A stretch of DNA of 63,855 nt, counting the filler, from Chiloscyllium plagiosum (Eukaryota): assembly GCF_004010195.1 (NCBI RefSeq). It is 3 parts of one record of this genome, joined end to end, with 100 filler letters (N's around TTAATTAATTAA, not from the genome) between each part and the next. Parts side by side here need not be neighbours in the genome. Positions count along the whole stretch, not along the records: positions 51,369 to 63,855 come from NC_057710.1; 2 more parts are not named here. One strand, 5' to 3'. Positions within the stretch are counted from its first letter, which is position 1. Each line of letters begins with the position of its first letter. Both the position numbers and the translations under genes were made by a program. The notes below the pieces were generated by a model. It was not told where the DNA came from and did no database searches. It saw nothing but the letters and a program-made list of their open reading frames with translations. This document shows positions 51,369-63,855 of the stretch, one piece after another.

Positions 51369-53200
51369 TCCCAGTCGATGTTTGGAAAGTTAAAATCCCC
51401 TACCATAACTACCCTATTATTCTTACAGATAGCTGAGATCTCTTTACAAGTTTGTTTCTCAATTTCCCTCTGACTATTAGGGGGTCTATAATACAATCCC
51501 AATAAGGTGATCATCCCTTTCTTATTTCTCAGTTCTGCCCAAATAACTTCCCTGGATGTATTTCCGGGACTATCCTCCCTTAGCACAGCTGTAATGCTAT
51601 CCCTTATCAAAAATGCCACTACCCCTCCTCTCTTGCCTTCCTTTCTATCCTTCCTGTAGCATTTGTATCCTGGAACATTAAGCTGCCAGTCCTGCCCATC
51701 CCTGAGTCATGTTTCTATAATTGCTATGATATCCCAGTCCCATGTTCCTAACCATGCCCTGAGTTCATCTGCCTCCCCTGTTAGGCCCCTTGCATTGAAA
51801 TAAGTGCAGTTTAATTGATTCTTCCTACCTTGTCCCTGCCTGCCCTGACTGTTTGACTCACTTCTGTTCTCAGCTGTACCAGTCTCTGATTGATTTCTTT
51901 CCTCACTACCTCCCTGCAAACCCCCCCACCGCACCTTACTAGTTTAAATCCTCCCAAGCAGTTCGTGCAAATTTCCCTGCCAGTATATTAGTCCTCTTCC
52001 AATTTAGGTGCAATCCGTCCTTCTTGTACAGATCACTTCTACCCCAAAAGAGATTCCAATGATCCAAAAACGTGAATCCTTCTCCCATACACCAGCTCCT
52101 CAGCCATGCATTCATCTGCTCTATCCTCCTCTTACTGCCCTCACTCACTCGTAGCACTGGGAGTAATCCAGATATTACTACCGTTGAGGACCTTTTTAAA
52201 TTTCTGCCTAACTCTCTGTAATCTCCCTTCAGAATCTCAACCTTTTCCCTTCCTATATCGTTGGTTCTAACATGGACAATTACCTCTTGCTGGTCATTCT
52301 GCACCCTCTCTGAGACATCCTTGATCCTGGTACCAGGGAAGCAATACACCATTCTGCTTTTTCTCTGCTGGCCACAGAAACATCTGTTTGTACCTCAGAC
52401 TACAGAATCCCTTAACACAATTGATCTCTTGGAAGACGACGTACCCCTTGTTGCATTAGAGCCAGTCTCAATACCATAAACTTGGCTGTTCATGCTACGT
52501 TCCCTGAGAATCCATCACCCCCTACCTTTTCCAAAACAGCATACCTGTTTGAAATGCATATATCCACAAAAGACTCCTGCCCTAGGTTCCTACCTCTCTT
52601 ACCCTTCCTGTAGTTAACCCATCTATGTGACTGTATCTGAGTCTTTCCCCCCTTCCTATAACTGCCATCCATCACATACTGTTGCTGTTGCAAATTCCTC
52701 ATCGCAACTATCTGTCTCTCCAACCGATCCACTCGATCTGATAAGATTTGCATCCAACAGCATTTATGGCAGATATAATCCGCAGTAACCCTTAAACTCT
52801 CTTTAAACTCCCACATCTGACAAGAAGTACATATCACTGCAAAGGGCATTTTTGCTCCTTCACAATCTACAGACCCAGAAAATAACACTGTCTTATTCCT
52901 CTACAAACACTGCCCCAGGTTAAATTAATAGCTATGGCTTATATTTTAAGTTTAATCAAGATACTTATCTCCAAAAACATATAATCTAGAAAGAAAGGCT
53001 GCAGTACCCACTACTGCAGCCTTTCTCTTGGACAGACTTAAAACAACAATTAACTTATCTGATTCTGTACTGTGAACTTCGCCCAAACCGGTTCCTCCAA
53101 GATTAGTTGTGAATTCACTGTTTGTTAATTTTCCCAGATGCACTCCAATGTCCAGTGATACACGAATTCAAACAGCAAAGGCAGTAACTGTGCAGGTTTT
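51369..53200 (-). mobile_element. CR1 5' half: 5' UTR, ORF1 (zinc finger plus esterase, frameshifted), ORF2 endonuclease start
   Basis: ORFs 52490-52888 (CTSCQMW...CHKC), 51939-52352 (CFPG, DGLHLN), 51707-51934 (YFNARG) and 51317-51619 (YRPP, GDFNFP). Confidence 0.88.
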
Positions 53201-54104
53201 CTCTCTCTCTCTCCTGCACTGTCCTCACCATGATATAATGATGATGGGTGAGGATCACGGGTCAAGAACTTTCTGTGCTTCAAAAACACAAGCATTCTGG
53301 GATGGCCATATTGAAGTTTATTTGAGAGAGAAAGAAACAAAAACCCATCTCTGTTATGACCTCTCAGATGCCAACAGCCAGCTACTAATCCTGATGCCCC
53401 ATCCATGCCAGCCCATGGTTACACATGCCAATCTAGGCCCATCACCCATGACCTTTTATGACCTCTATTCTGGCTCCAGGCTGCCCATTAACTTTGCTGT
53501 TTGCCCTTGTACCTGTCAAGTCAACACAGGGAGGATCTACAACAGCAGGTTCACCACTATGGAGGAGTTGTGCAAGAATATGTGATTATCTACTCCATGA
53601 TTTCAAAACTATCATATAAGGCAGAGGTTACAGCAGAAATGCGGCTTTCTTGAACACAAAGTTCAAATGACCCTGTTTAGTTTAGGTTTCCATTATGGGT
53701 GAACCTCACCACCAGCTTCCTCCCACCAAAAACAGGATCTGTCACAAATGGAGACTTCATTAGAATCTGGCTCATTAACTTTCTCCATCCCCATAGATCC
53801 TGCCTGACCTGCTGAATAGTTCCAGCACCTTTTGTTCTTATCGATGATGGTGCACTCAATCGCCATTAGTGGTGCAGGGAGTGAACATTCAAGGCAACTT
53901 ATGTGTAAGTTTTACTTAAAGGCTTATTTTCTGTGTTCGCTGTGTTTTGGGAAATATGAAAGACATTCCCTGATGAAAAGTGTCAATTGGCTTTAGATAA
54001 AGGCTTCTATCACAACATTTCACTCGGTTTAAGAATTAAGCTGAGGTGGGTTTGAATTTTTTTGTTAAGAATTTACTTGTCACGTGTCCTATCTGTTCCT
54101 TTGA

Positions 54105-54410
54105 TTTCATTCATTCGCAGAACATGCATTTTGCTGTCCATTGCCCGGAGGACAGTTCAGAGTCAACCACATTTCTGTGGGTCTGAAGTCACATGTAGGT
54201 CAGACCAGGTAAGGATGGCAGTCTCCTTCCCTTAAAGGCATTCATGAAGCAGATAGACTTTTACAACAATGGTTGCAGGGGCACTATTAGACTATCTTTT
54301 ATTTCAGTGAATTCAAATTTTATCATGGTGGGGTTTGAACCCATGCCCCCAAAATATTAACACGGCAATCGGTGATTACTAGCCCAGTGATAACACCGCT
54401 ATACCACAAT
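54105..54410 (-). mobile_element. tRNA-headed SINE of a second family
   Basis: Reverse complement has A box GTGGTATAGCGG and B box GGTTCAAACC; body shared with 17580-17830 and with fragments near 4350-4570, 25400-25560, 54980-55210 and 62630-62840. Confidence 0.6.
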
Positions 54411-55269
54411 CTCTTGTCTATAAAAGGGGCATTTAGTTACCATATTTATGCCCTTACTACAGTGTAACACTGCAAAGGATAACAGAAACTGGTGGCCTTC
54501 ACAAGAGGATTCAAGTCTGATTCAAGGTGGTGCTGACATCGGTCAACTCTTTGCGAGCTCTCTAAAGAAGATCTTTCTCTAACATTTTTTATAACTGATT
54601 CACACTTTTAAACCTAAACTCTATCCCTGAAAAAATTACTAATATTGTTCTTTTGAACCTGCATACAGGTCTGAGGATCCTATGGTAAGTAATGTTGATC
54701 TTACTTCGCATACCTCCTGTGCAGTGTAACCTGAAAGCCTCGCTCTGTTTAAGCACACTATGATCTGTCTGCTCTTGTTTGCTATGATCTGCCTGTACTG
54801 CTCACAAAACAAAGATTTTCACTATACTTAGGTACATGCAACTACAATAAACCAAACCAAATCAAATCAGCTGGTGTTATTGTTGGTATAATTGGCACTT
54901 AGTGTCTCTCCCTAACTGGCCGCGCCTATTTTGTCAGAAAAACCTTAATACAATAGATTCCCTTCATAGGTCATGTCAGCGGCAGTTATGGGTCTGGAGT
55001 CATATACAGTTCGGACCAGGTAAGGACGGCAGATTTCATTTCCTAAAGAGCATTTATGATCTCGATGTTAATGCATGTTTATCACTACTGTTGCGAGCTT
55101 GTTTTATTGCCTATTTATGTAATTAATTAAATCTGAAGGCCTCAGAGACATTTTAACTCATGCTTCTGGCTCAGTCTTCCTGCCTTCTGGATTACTACAC
55201 TAGTAACCTAATGGCTACATTACCACATTGAGATGATTGATGTGTTTATTAGTCAGTTATAGAGTAATA

Positions 55270-56050
55270 GACTCGTAGAACCATACAGTATGGAAACAGA
55301 CCCACTGATCCAACCAATCCACACCAAACATAATCTCAACCTAAACTAGTCCCACCTGCCTGCTCCTGGCCCATATCCCTCCAAACCTTTCCTATTCGTG
55401 TACCTATCCAAATGTCTTATAAACATTGTAATTGTACCCACATCCATCACTTCCTCAGAAAGTTCATTCCTCATGTGAAACACCCTCAGTGTAAAATATT
55501 TGACTCTCATGTAAAAGAACAGATTTAAGAAACAGATTTTTAAAATCTGTCTCCTCTCCCATTATAAATGTGCTCCCTAGTCTTGAAATCCCCCATCTTT
55601 GGGGAGAAAAAACTGCCATTAACTATATCTATACATTTCATTATTTTATAAACTTCTATCAGGTATTCTCTCAACCTTGTACACTCCAGTGAAAAAAGCC
55701 CCAGCCTATCCAGCCTTTATTTGTAACTCAAAACTTACACACCCAGCAATGTCATGCTAAATCTCTTCTGTACCCTCTCCAGCTTCATAATATTCCTCCT
55801 ATAACTGGGTGACCAGAACTGAACACAATATTCCAGAAGAGACCTCACCAATGTTCTGTACAATCTCAGCATGACGTCCCAACTCCTATACTAAGAATGC
55901 CAAGAAATGAAGGCAAGAATGCCAAATGCCTTTTTCACCACCCTATCTATATGTGACATAAATTTCAAAGAATTAGATATCTGAACCCCTAGGTCCCTCT
56001 GTTCTATGACACTACCCAAGACCCTACCATTAATTGTATAAGCCCTACCC
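55270..56050 (-). mobile_element. CR1 3' fragment
   Basis: Similar to the other CR1 3' ends (e.g. 40243-40660 and 18138-18525). Confidence 0.75.
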
Positions 56051-57709
56051 TAGACACTGAGTCAGACACTCTCTGGGACAGTGCTTTCGATATTAGACCC
56101 TGGTCATATTCTGTATTTTTGAGATCTATTTTCAGATTAATCAGTTATGGTAGTCTCACTGCAATCCAGTTGAAACTTTAGAATGGCCAACATCCATGGA
56201 GGAATATGAGGAGGGACCAACAATCATTGGTTGCTAATCTCATTCAGTTGCATAAAGCCGTAAGAATAAAGTTCAGCTCCATCGTGAAGTTCACAAATTC
56301 TATTTCCACTAAAAGTATAGATAATTGTGGGTTTTAAATCCCATTCCCCAACAGGAGGACCTGGAGACAAAGTTTCCATGCTGAAAATATGTTCATAAAA
56401 TCACCCTTAAAGATTTAGGCTTGTATTTATTGCAGGTGGACAGAAGTAATGGTGGAGTTTGTTTTTTTAGCTGTGAACAGTGGACCGAATTTTTATTTTC
56501 CTTGACATAGTGTTTGTTTTTTGTTCTTTATTACGAAGGAGTTGGTGTTTAAAAATAGGGAGTCCTGTTACAACTGTACAGGGTGTGGTGAGGTCACACA
56601 TTTAGTAGTCTGTACAGTTTTGTTCCCCATATTTAAGAAAGGAGAGACTGGCTTTGGCAAAAGTTCAAAAGATTCACTAGGCTGATTTTTCCTGTTGGGC
56701 AATGGGATTTATAGCCCACTATTATCAATCCCTATTATTCATTTTTAGTAAAAATCAAATTTGTGTAGTTTTTGATAAAGGGTTGTCTTATCAACAATGA
56801 ATAAACAGGTCAGTCCTTTAAGCTTAGAAGACAGGTGATCTGTACAGTGTGGAAACAGGCCATTTGGCCCAACAATTCCACATTGACTCTCTGAAGAGCA
56901 TGCCACCCAGATGCACTCCCTACTTGCATTTCCCATTGAAATTCCATCTAACCTACACACTCCTAGACAATTTAGCGTGCCCAATCCACCTAACTTGGAC
57001 AACAACTAGAGCAAGCTCACACAGACACAGGGAGAATGTACAAACTCCCTACAGACAGTTGCCCAAGGTTGGAATTGAACCCAGGTCCCTGGCAGTATGA
57101 GACATTAGGACTGACCACTGAGCCACCGAGCCACCAAGCCACCCTAGAATATGCAAGACTCTGAGAGTCTTGACAGGATACATGTTGAAACTATGTTTCA
57201 ACTACTAGAGGAATCCTGAAGTAAGGGACAGAATTATGGATTAAGGGTGACTCATTTAGAACTGGAGGGTAGTGTATGTCTTGAATTCTGTACCTTAGAG
57301 AGTTGTACAGGCTAGATCACAAAAACTATTTAAAGAGGAGGCAGCTACCATTTAGAAGGACTGAGAAGCAGACATGGAACATAACAATGGGACTAGGCCT
57401 CAAGCCTGTTCCATCATTCAATGAGTTCATGACTGACCTGTGACCTATCTCCATACATCTGGCTTTGGCCCATCTCCCTTAATACCTTTGCTTAACAAAA
57501 ATATATTTGTCTCAGATTTAAAATTAACAACTGATCCAGCATTCACTGCCATTTGTGGAAGAGAGTTCCAATTGTCTAGCATCCTTTGTGCTTAGGAGTA
57601 CTCCCTAACATCTCTCCTAAACAGTCTGGTTCTCTGATTCTCTGACTATGCGTCTAGAATCCCAAATCAGTGGAAATAGTTTATCTTCATTTAGTGTTGC
57701 CTTTTCCTG

Positions 57710-57990
57710 GGGACGGCACGGTGGCCCAACAGTTAGCACTACTGTCTCACAGCGTCAGGGACCCAGATTCAATTCCTGCCTCGGGTGACTGCCTGCGTGG
57801 AGTTTGCACGTTCTGCCTGTGGGTGTGCTCTGGTTTCCTTTCACAATCTAAAGATGCGCAGGCTAGGCGAATTGGCCATATTAAATTGCCCATAGTGTTC
57901 GGTATATTAGTAAGGGGGATGGGTCTGGGAGGGTTGCTGTGGACTGGTTGGGTTGAAGGACCTGCTTCCATACTGTAAGCAATCAAATCT
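57710..57990 (+). mobile_element. tRNA-derived SINE (HE1-like)
   Basis: GGCACGGTGGC...GTTAGCAC head and V-like core; an opposite-strand copy lies at ~56845-57140. Confidence 0.75.
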
Positions 57991-59099
57991 AATTTTTATC
58001 TTGAAGATTTTGAGCAGATCACCCCTTAACCTTCTAAATTCAAGAGAAAACATTTGTATAATGTCTCCTCAGAAGTTAACCTCTGAGGTTCAGGTATTCA
58101 TGGAAAAATGTTGCCCATAAGTTCCCCTCCGGGCCACACAGCCTCCTAACTTAGAACTTGATCATCATTCCTTCAGTGTAGCTGGGGTCAAGATCTTGGG
58201 ACCTCCACCCTAACAGCACTGTGGATGTTTCTGCCCACATAGACTATAGCAGTTCAAGAAGGCTGCTCACTACCAGCTTCACAAAGGCAATTGGGAATGT
58301 GGATTAACCACAGCAATGTTCTCATTGTGATAATGACTATTAAAGAATGCACATCTTTGAATAAGATAGATTCACCCCTTCCTTACAGTTATGGTCCTGG
58401 CCACGCCTGTTACACCCACTGTGTCTGGTCTACATATGACTACAGATCCATTCTGTATGGTTGACATTTAATCCATCTCACTGTCAAGTCAAAAAAGGCT
58501 GAGCGATCAATGCAAACCTGCCAGAATTGCCTACATTCCGGAACCAAATGCAACCAGTTTAAATCATTATTCATTTATCACTCATTTATCCACATTAACT
58601 TAATTGCACTCACAGATGAGGTAAGGCAACATTTCATCCTTGAATTGACAGGATACAAGAATGCGTGGTCGTCTGTTTAGTGCTAAAGTTAGCAGCTGTC
58701 ATTGTGTGTAAAAACATAGAGCCATCATAAAATAATTTACGCTTCATCAAAGCATTTGATTTCAGGTCCACTTGCTTTATAATTTTCCCATAAAAATTGT
58801 CTCTCCATTTTTACATTGACCTGTTTCGCTTTAAGGCAGTGTAACTATGTACTGTATCATAAAATTAGCAGATACCAAACAAAACAGCCCCAAAATGTAT
58901 CCATTGACCTCGACTGGAATGAAAGAAATTGAAGTAAAGACAAAGAACGTAATACACTGGAGTTATTTGTTGACCGCTGTGAGGCAGCAGTGCTAACCAC
59001 TGTGCCACCGTGCCGCCCACCGTGCTGCTAACTATTTGTTGACAAGGGTTCTATATTAACACACCGTCTCTCCTTCTCACTTTCTCATCATGGTTTGTC

Positions 59100-60265
59100 A
59101 CATTGAGGTTGTACAGGACATCAGTGGGGCCACTTTTGGAGTACTGTGTGCACTCCTGGTCACTCTGCTACAGGAATTAAACTGGAGAGGGTTCACGAGG
59201 GATTTAGCAGGATATTACCATGACTGGAGACTTTGAGTTAAAAGGATAGGCTGGATGGTCTGTGACATCTTTCACTGGAGTGTAGGTAGTTGAGAGTGAC
59301 CTTGTGGGGATTTTTAAAACCACGAGAGGTATAGATAAGGTGAATTGCAGGTGTTTTTTTTCCCCTGAGGATGGGGGATTTCAAGACAAGGAGACATATT
59401 TTTAGGGTGAGAAGAGAAATATTTTAAAAAGGCATAAGAGGCAATTGTTTTATGCAGAGAGTGGCTCGTGTCTAGATCGAACTTCCAGAGGATGTGGTTA
59501 CAGTTACAACACTCAAAAAATATTTAGATAAGTACATGAATAAGAATTTTCTGCAGGGATATGGGTCAAATGCAGACAGGTGGGAGCTCATGTTGTGGCT
59601 GCACAGGACGTTAGTTCGGCCACTTTTGCAACATTGCATGCAATTCTGGTCTCCTTCCTATCGGAAAGATGTTGTGAAACTTGAAAGGGTTCAGAAACGA
59701 TTTACAAGGATGTTGCCAGGGTTGGAGGACTTGAGCTACAGGGAGAGGCTTGAATAGGCTGGGGCTGTTCTCCCTTGAGGTCAGAGACTGAGGGGTGACC
59801 TTATAGAGGTTATAATACCATGAGGGTCATGGATAGGGTAAATGGATTAAGTCTTTTCCCTGGGATTGGGGAGTCCAGAACTAGAAGGCGTAGGTTTAGA
59901 GTGAGAGGGGAAAGATTTAAAAGGGACCTAAGGGTCAATATTTTCACACAGACGGTGGTGTGTGTTTGGAATGAGCTGCCAGAGGAAGTGGTAGATGCTA
60001 GTACAATTACAGCATTTAAATGGGATCTGGATGGGTATATGAATAGCAAGGCTTTAGAGGGATATAGGCCAAGTTCTGGCAAATGGGAGGATATTAATTT
60101 AGGATATCTGTTCGGCATGGACAAGTTGGACTGAAGGGTCTGTGTGTGTGCTGTACATCTATATGACTCTATTGATGGGATTAGTTTAGTTTGGCACCAT
60201 GGCCAGCATAGACTGGTTGGACCAAAGGGTCTGATTCTGTGCTGTATGACTTTATGACTCTATGA
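59100..60265 (+). mobile_element. Two nested CR1 3' ends
   Basis: LVRPLLQHCMQFWSP...LERVQKRFTRMLPG; two successive (TATGACT) tails at ~60170 and ~60260. Confidence 0.8.
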
Positions 60266-60484
60266 CTTTATAACTTGCCACTCTCCTGAGGTTAAACCAC
60301 CACTAGTCATCTCTCTCGAATGAGAGAGCAGCCTGCGGTCTGGTAGGCCTATAGTGACTTTACCGTTACCGTTTCTTATCATAACACACATACTCCAGGT
60401 GCATGATTGCATATCACAACATTCCCTCAAAAATATACCACAGTGCATTGCTACTGTCAAAGCAATGATAATATCAGTGACTTG

Positions 60485-60985
60485 CCATGGTGGCTCAGTG
60501 GATATCACTGCTGTGTCACGGCACCCAGGGACCCCAGGTTCGATTCCAGCCTCAGGCAACTGTCTGTGCTGAGTTTGCATGTTCTCCATTAATCTTTGCT
60601 AGTATGTTCTGGTTTCCTCCCCCAGTCCAAAACTGCATGCTAGATGGATTGACCATGCTAAATTATCCATTGTGTTCACGCTAAGTGGGTTAGCCATGCT
60701 AAATTATCCATTGTGTTCAGGCTAGGTGGGTCAGCCATGCTAAATTATCCATAGTGTTCAGGCTAAGTGGGTTAGCCATGCTAAATTATCCATAGTGTTC
60801 AGGCTAAGTGGGTTAGCCATGCTAAATTATCCATTGTGTTCAGGCTAGGTGGGTTAGCCATGCTAAATTAGCAATAGTGTTCAGGCTAGGTGGATTGACC
60901 ATGCTAAATCACTTCATATTGTGCAGGCTGGGAGGGTCAGTGGCTGGATGGCCTGGTTCCACGCTGTAGGGATTTCATGATTCTA
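60485..60985 (+). mobile_element. HE1-like SINE with an internal 41-bp tandem expansion
   Basis: GGTGGCTCAGTGG and GGTTCGATTCC boxes; repeat array 60639-60909; SINE tail to ~60985. Confidence 0.8.
60639..60909. repeat. Minisatellite, 41-bp unit, ~6.6 copies
   Basis: Unit CCATGCTAAATTATCCATTGTGTTCAGGCTAAGTGGGTTAG starts at 60653, 60694, 60735, 60776, 60817, 60858 and 60899. Confidence 0.95.
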
Positions 60986-61371
60986 CCATCTTTTACTTCC
61001 CTGATCAAAGGGCTTTGTCTGTGGCTTTGATGTTCCTTTATACATGCTGCATACTGTCCGATATGTCACTGACTTTCCAAAGTCGGAAGAAAAGATTAGG
61101 CCTCTGCCTCAGATGTTCTTGATCACCAAAGGAAGAACAAGTTGCCCGTTTGAGCAGATAATATTTGGAAGCAGGTATACAGCCCCTGATCTTACTCAGC
61201 CATTCATTACAATCATGGCTTATCTTCAACACTAACTCAACTGACCTCTCAGTCTCTTTAGCACCGAAATAAATGCGAACTGAACATCCACAGCTCCCTG
61301 AGGTGGAGAATTTCAAACATTTACAGCCCTCTGAGTAAAGAAATCTGTGTCCTTAAAGGCTAATTAAATTG

Positions 61372-61560
61372 GGAGAAAGTGAGGACTGCAGGTGCTGTAG
61401 ACCAGAGTTGAAAAGTGCGGTGCTGGAAAAACACAGCAGGCCAGGCAGCATCCGAGGAGCAGGAGAATCGATGTTTCGGGCTTATGCCCAAAACGATTCT
61501 CCTGCTCCTTCGGATGCTGCCTGGCCTGCTGTGTTTTTCCAGCACCGCACTTTTCAACTC
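61372..61560. mobile_element. Fold-back PLE-terminus insertion with 15-bp TSD
   Basis: Inverted arms span 61405-61560 centred on GGGC-TTAT-GCCC; AGGCTAATTAAATTG at 61357-61371 and 61561-61575. Confidence 0.88.
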
Positions 61561-62840
61561 AGGCTAATTAAATTGTCAGTCTAGATACTATGTGTGCAAT
61601 GATGCTGTGGCCCTCAATTCAGTTCAGCTGTAACAGCAATAGCAAGCTGACAGAATAGGGCTTTCCCAACCAATGCAATATGAACCCTGCAGCTCCTTAA
61701 TAATGAGCTAACAGGTTTAGAACCATTCTCCTACCTCTCCCACTTCTGTCTCTGCTCTGTCACCTCTCCCTATTCACACACACACACAAAGTACGTGGTC
61801 AATTTTCACCATAGGTTTTAAAGTCATATCACCCATTAAGGTGCTGGTGCACATCAAGCTTGTGATAGCTCAGGGACATCTCTGTATCCTTTTACATTGC
61901 TATCAAAAGCCCCATGATGTCCTGGGCTCCGTTCAATCTGCATGTGCATGGAGTTGACATTTTGCTGCTACACACTATGGAAATCTTCAATAAATGTATG
62001 TTATTTATGTTCATTCATGGGACTTGGACCTTTCGGGCTAGGCCAGCATTCATTAGCCACCCTGAGTTGCCTTGTTGAAGGTTCATTCTTGAACTGCTGC
62101 AATCTATTCGGCATAGAGCACACAACAGTTAAGGAGGAAATTCCAGGAATCTGACCCAGTGACAGAGCCTCGACGTAGGGCTCAGGTTCTTACTTGCTTT
62201 GGCTCAGTGTCGAGTTTCATGGAGGAATTCCCTCTGCATGACCTCGCGGGATCTCTCGCCGTATCATATCAAACTCGCCTCATTAACTACGCTCCCTTAC
62301 CCTATGGCACCCCCTCTCACCTGATTGTGACCCCACTCTCTTATTCATGCCAGCAGCTTTCCTGCTGTGCTGCATTGACTACTGAGAACATAAAACATAG
62401 AACATAGAACATAGAACAATACAGTGCAGAACAGGCCCTTCGGCCCTTGATGTTGCACCAACCTGTGAACTATTCTCAGCTCGTCCCCCTATACTATCCC
62501 AAAATCATCCATGTGCTTATCTAAGGATTGTTTAAATCTCCCTAATGTGGCTGAGTTGACTACATTAGCAGGTGGGGCATTCCACGCCCTTACCACTCTC
62601 TTACCTCCTTCTCCTTCATTCTTTCAGGGGGTTTGAGCATCACTGTCAAGGGAAACATTTGCTGCCCATTCCTAAATGCCCTTGAACTGAGTGGGTGTGA
62701 AGCTATTTGTGAGGACAGTTAACACATGTATATCTATGCCCCTGAAGCCAGACCAAGTAAAGATGTCTGTTTCCTACTTTGAAGAACATTAGCAAACCAG
62801 GTATGTTTTTGTCATGATCATAATTTCATGATGATCACCA

Positions 62841-63248
62841 CTAAGACTAGTTTGCAAGTCCAAATTTATTCATTTAAATCAAAATATAAGATACATGAGA
62901 AGACGTAGGCCATTTGGCCCATCAAGCATGCTTTACCATTTATGGCCAATCTGGAAATTCCTAACTCCACTTTTATACCTATTCCCCATAACCCTTGATT
63001 CCCTGAAAATTCTGTCAATCTCAACTTTGAATATAGTTAATGACCTAAGACTAGTTTGCAAGTCCAAATTTGTTCATTTAAATCAAAATATAAGATACAT
63101 GAGAAGACGTAGGCCATTTGGCCCATCAAGCATGCTCTACCATTCATGGCCAATCTGGAAATTCCTAACTCCACTTTTATACCTATTCCCCATAACCCTT
63201 GATTCCCTGAAAATTCTGTCAATCTCAACTTTGAATATAGTTAATGAC
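62841..63248. repeat. 204-bp direct tandem duplication
   Basis: 62841-63044 versus 63045-63248, three substitutions seen. Confidence 0.92.
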
Positions 63249-63364
63249 CCAACTGACTCCCCCACCCACTGACAGAAGTAATTCATCCTCTTCACTATCT
63301 CAAATAAATGACCTCTTATTCTGAGATGATGCCGTCTGGCTCAAGCATCTGCCACAATGGGATA

Positions 63365-63855
63365 CATAGAACATAGAACATAGAACAATACAGTACAGAG
63401 CAGGCCCTTCGGCCCACGATGTTGTGCCGAACATTTGTCCTAGCTTAAGCACCCATCCATGTAACTATCCAATTGCCGCTTAAAGGTCACCAATGATTCT
63501 GACTCTGCCACTCCCACAGGCAGGGTATTCCATGCCCCCACCACTCTCTGGGTAAAGAACCTACCGCTGACATCCCCCCTATACCTGGGTAAAGAACCTA
63601 CCGCTGACATCCCCCCTATACCTTTCACCCTTCACCTTAAATTTATGTCCCCTTGTGACACTCTGTTGTACCGGGGGAAAAAGTTTCTGACTGTCTACTC
63701 TATCTATTCCTCTGATCATCTTATAAACCTCTATCAAGTCACCCCTCATCCTTCGCCGTTCCAACGAGAAAAGGCCGAGAACTCTCAACCTATCCTCGTA
63801 CGACCTATTCTCCATTCCAGGCAAATCTTCTCTGCACCCTCTCCAAAGCATCCAC
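63365..63855 (-). mobile_element. Young CR1 3' end with an internal 37-bp duplication (63548-63621)
   Basis: (CATAGAA)n tail; RGDLIEVYKMIRG peptide; CTGGGTAAAGAACCTACCGCTGACATCCCCCCTATAC present twice. Confidence 0.85.

Noticed and set aside
60639..60909. CRISPR-like array
   Set aside because: Units are contiguous with no unique spacers, lie inside a SINE, and there are no cas genes; the context is eukaryotic.

Overview
This is vertebrate genomic DNA. The repeat families are typical of elasmobranchs (sharks), though that assignment is an inference. The window holds four internal coding exons (390 nt, 130 aa) of a + strand gene whose spliced peptide matches DNAAF9/C20orf194, separated by 8-15 kb introns. 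Most of the rest is nested retroelement debris: several CR1 LINE subfamilies, Penelope-like elements (PLEs; RT and GIY-YIG fragments), tRNA-derived SINEs, an old single-ORF LINE, tandem duplications and three assembly gaps. The long ORFs in the supplied track are mostly retroelement remnants or shadow frames. The most notable signal is a set of minimal hammerhead-ribozyme motifs (CUGANGA-stem II-GAAA with a palindromic stem III) from at least four PLE terminal families. Four TSD-flanked fold-back insertions turn at the ribozyme motif, and four solo insertions end at it. Family names come from recalled motifs, not database searches, and repeat boundaries are approximate.
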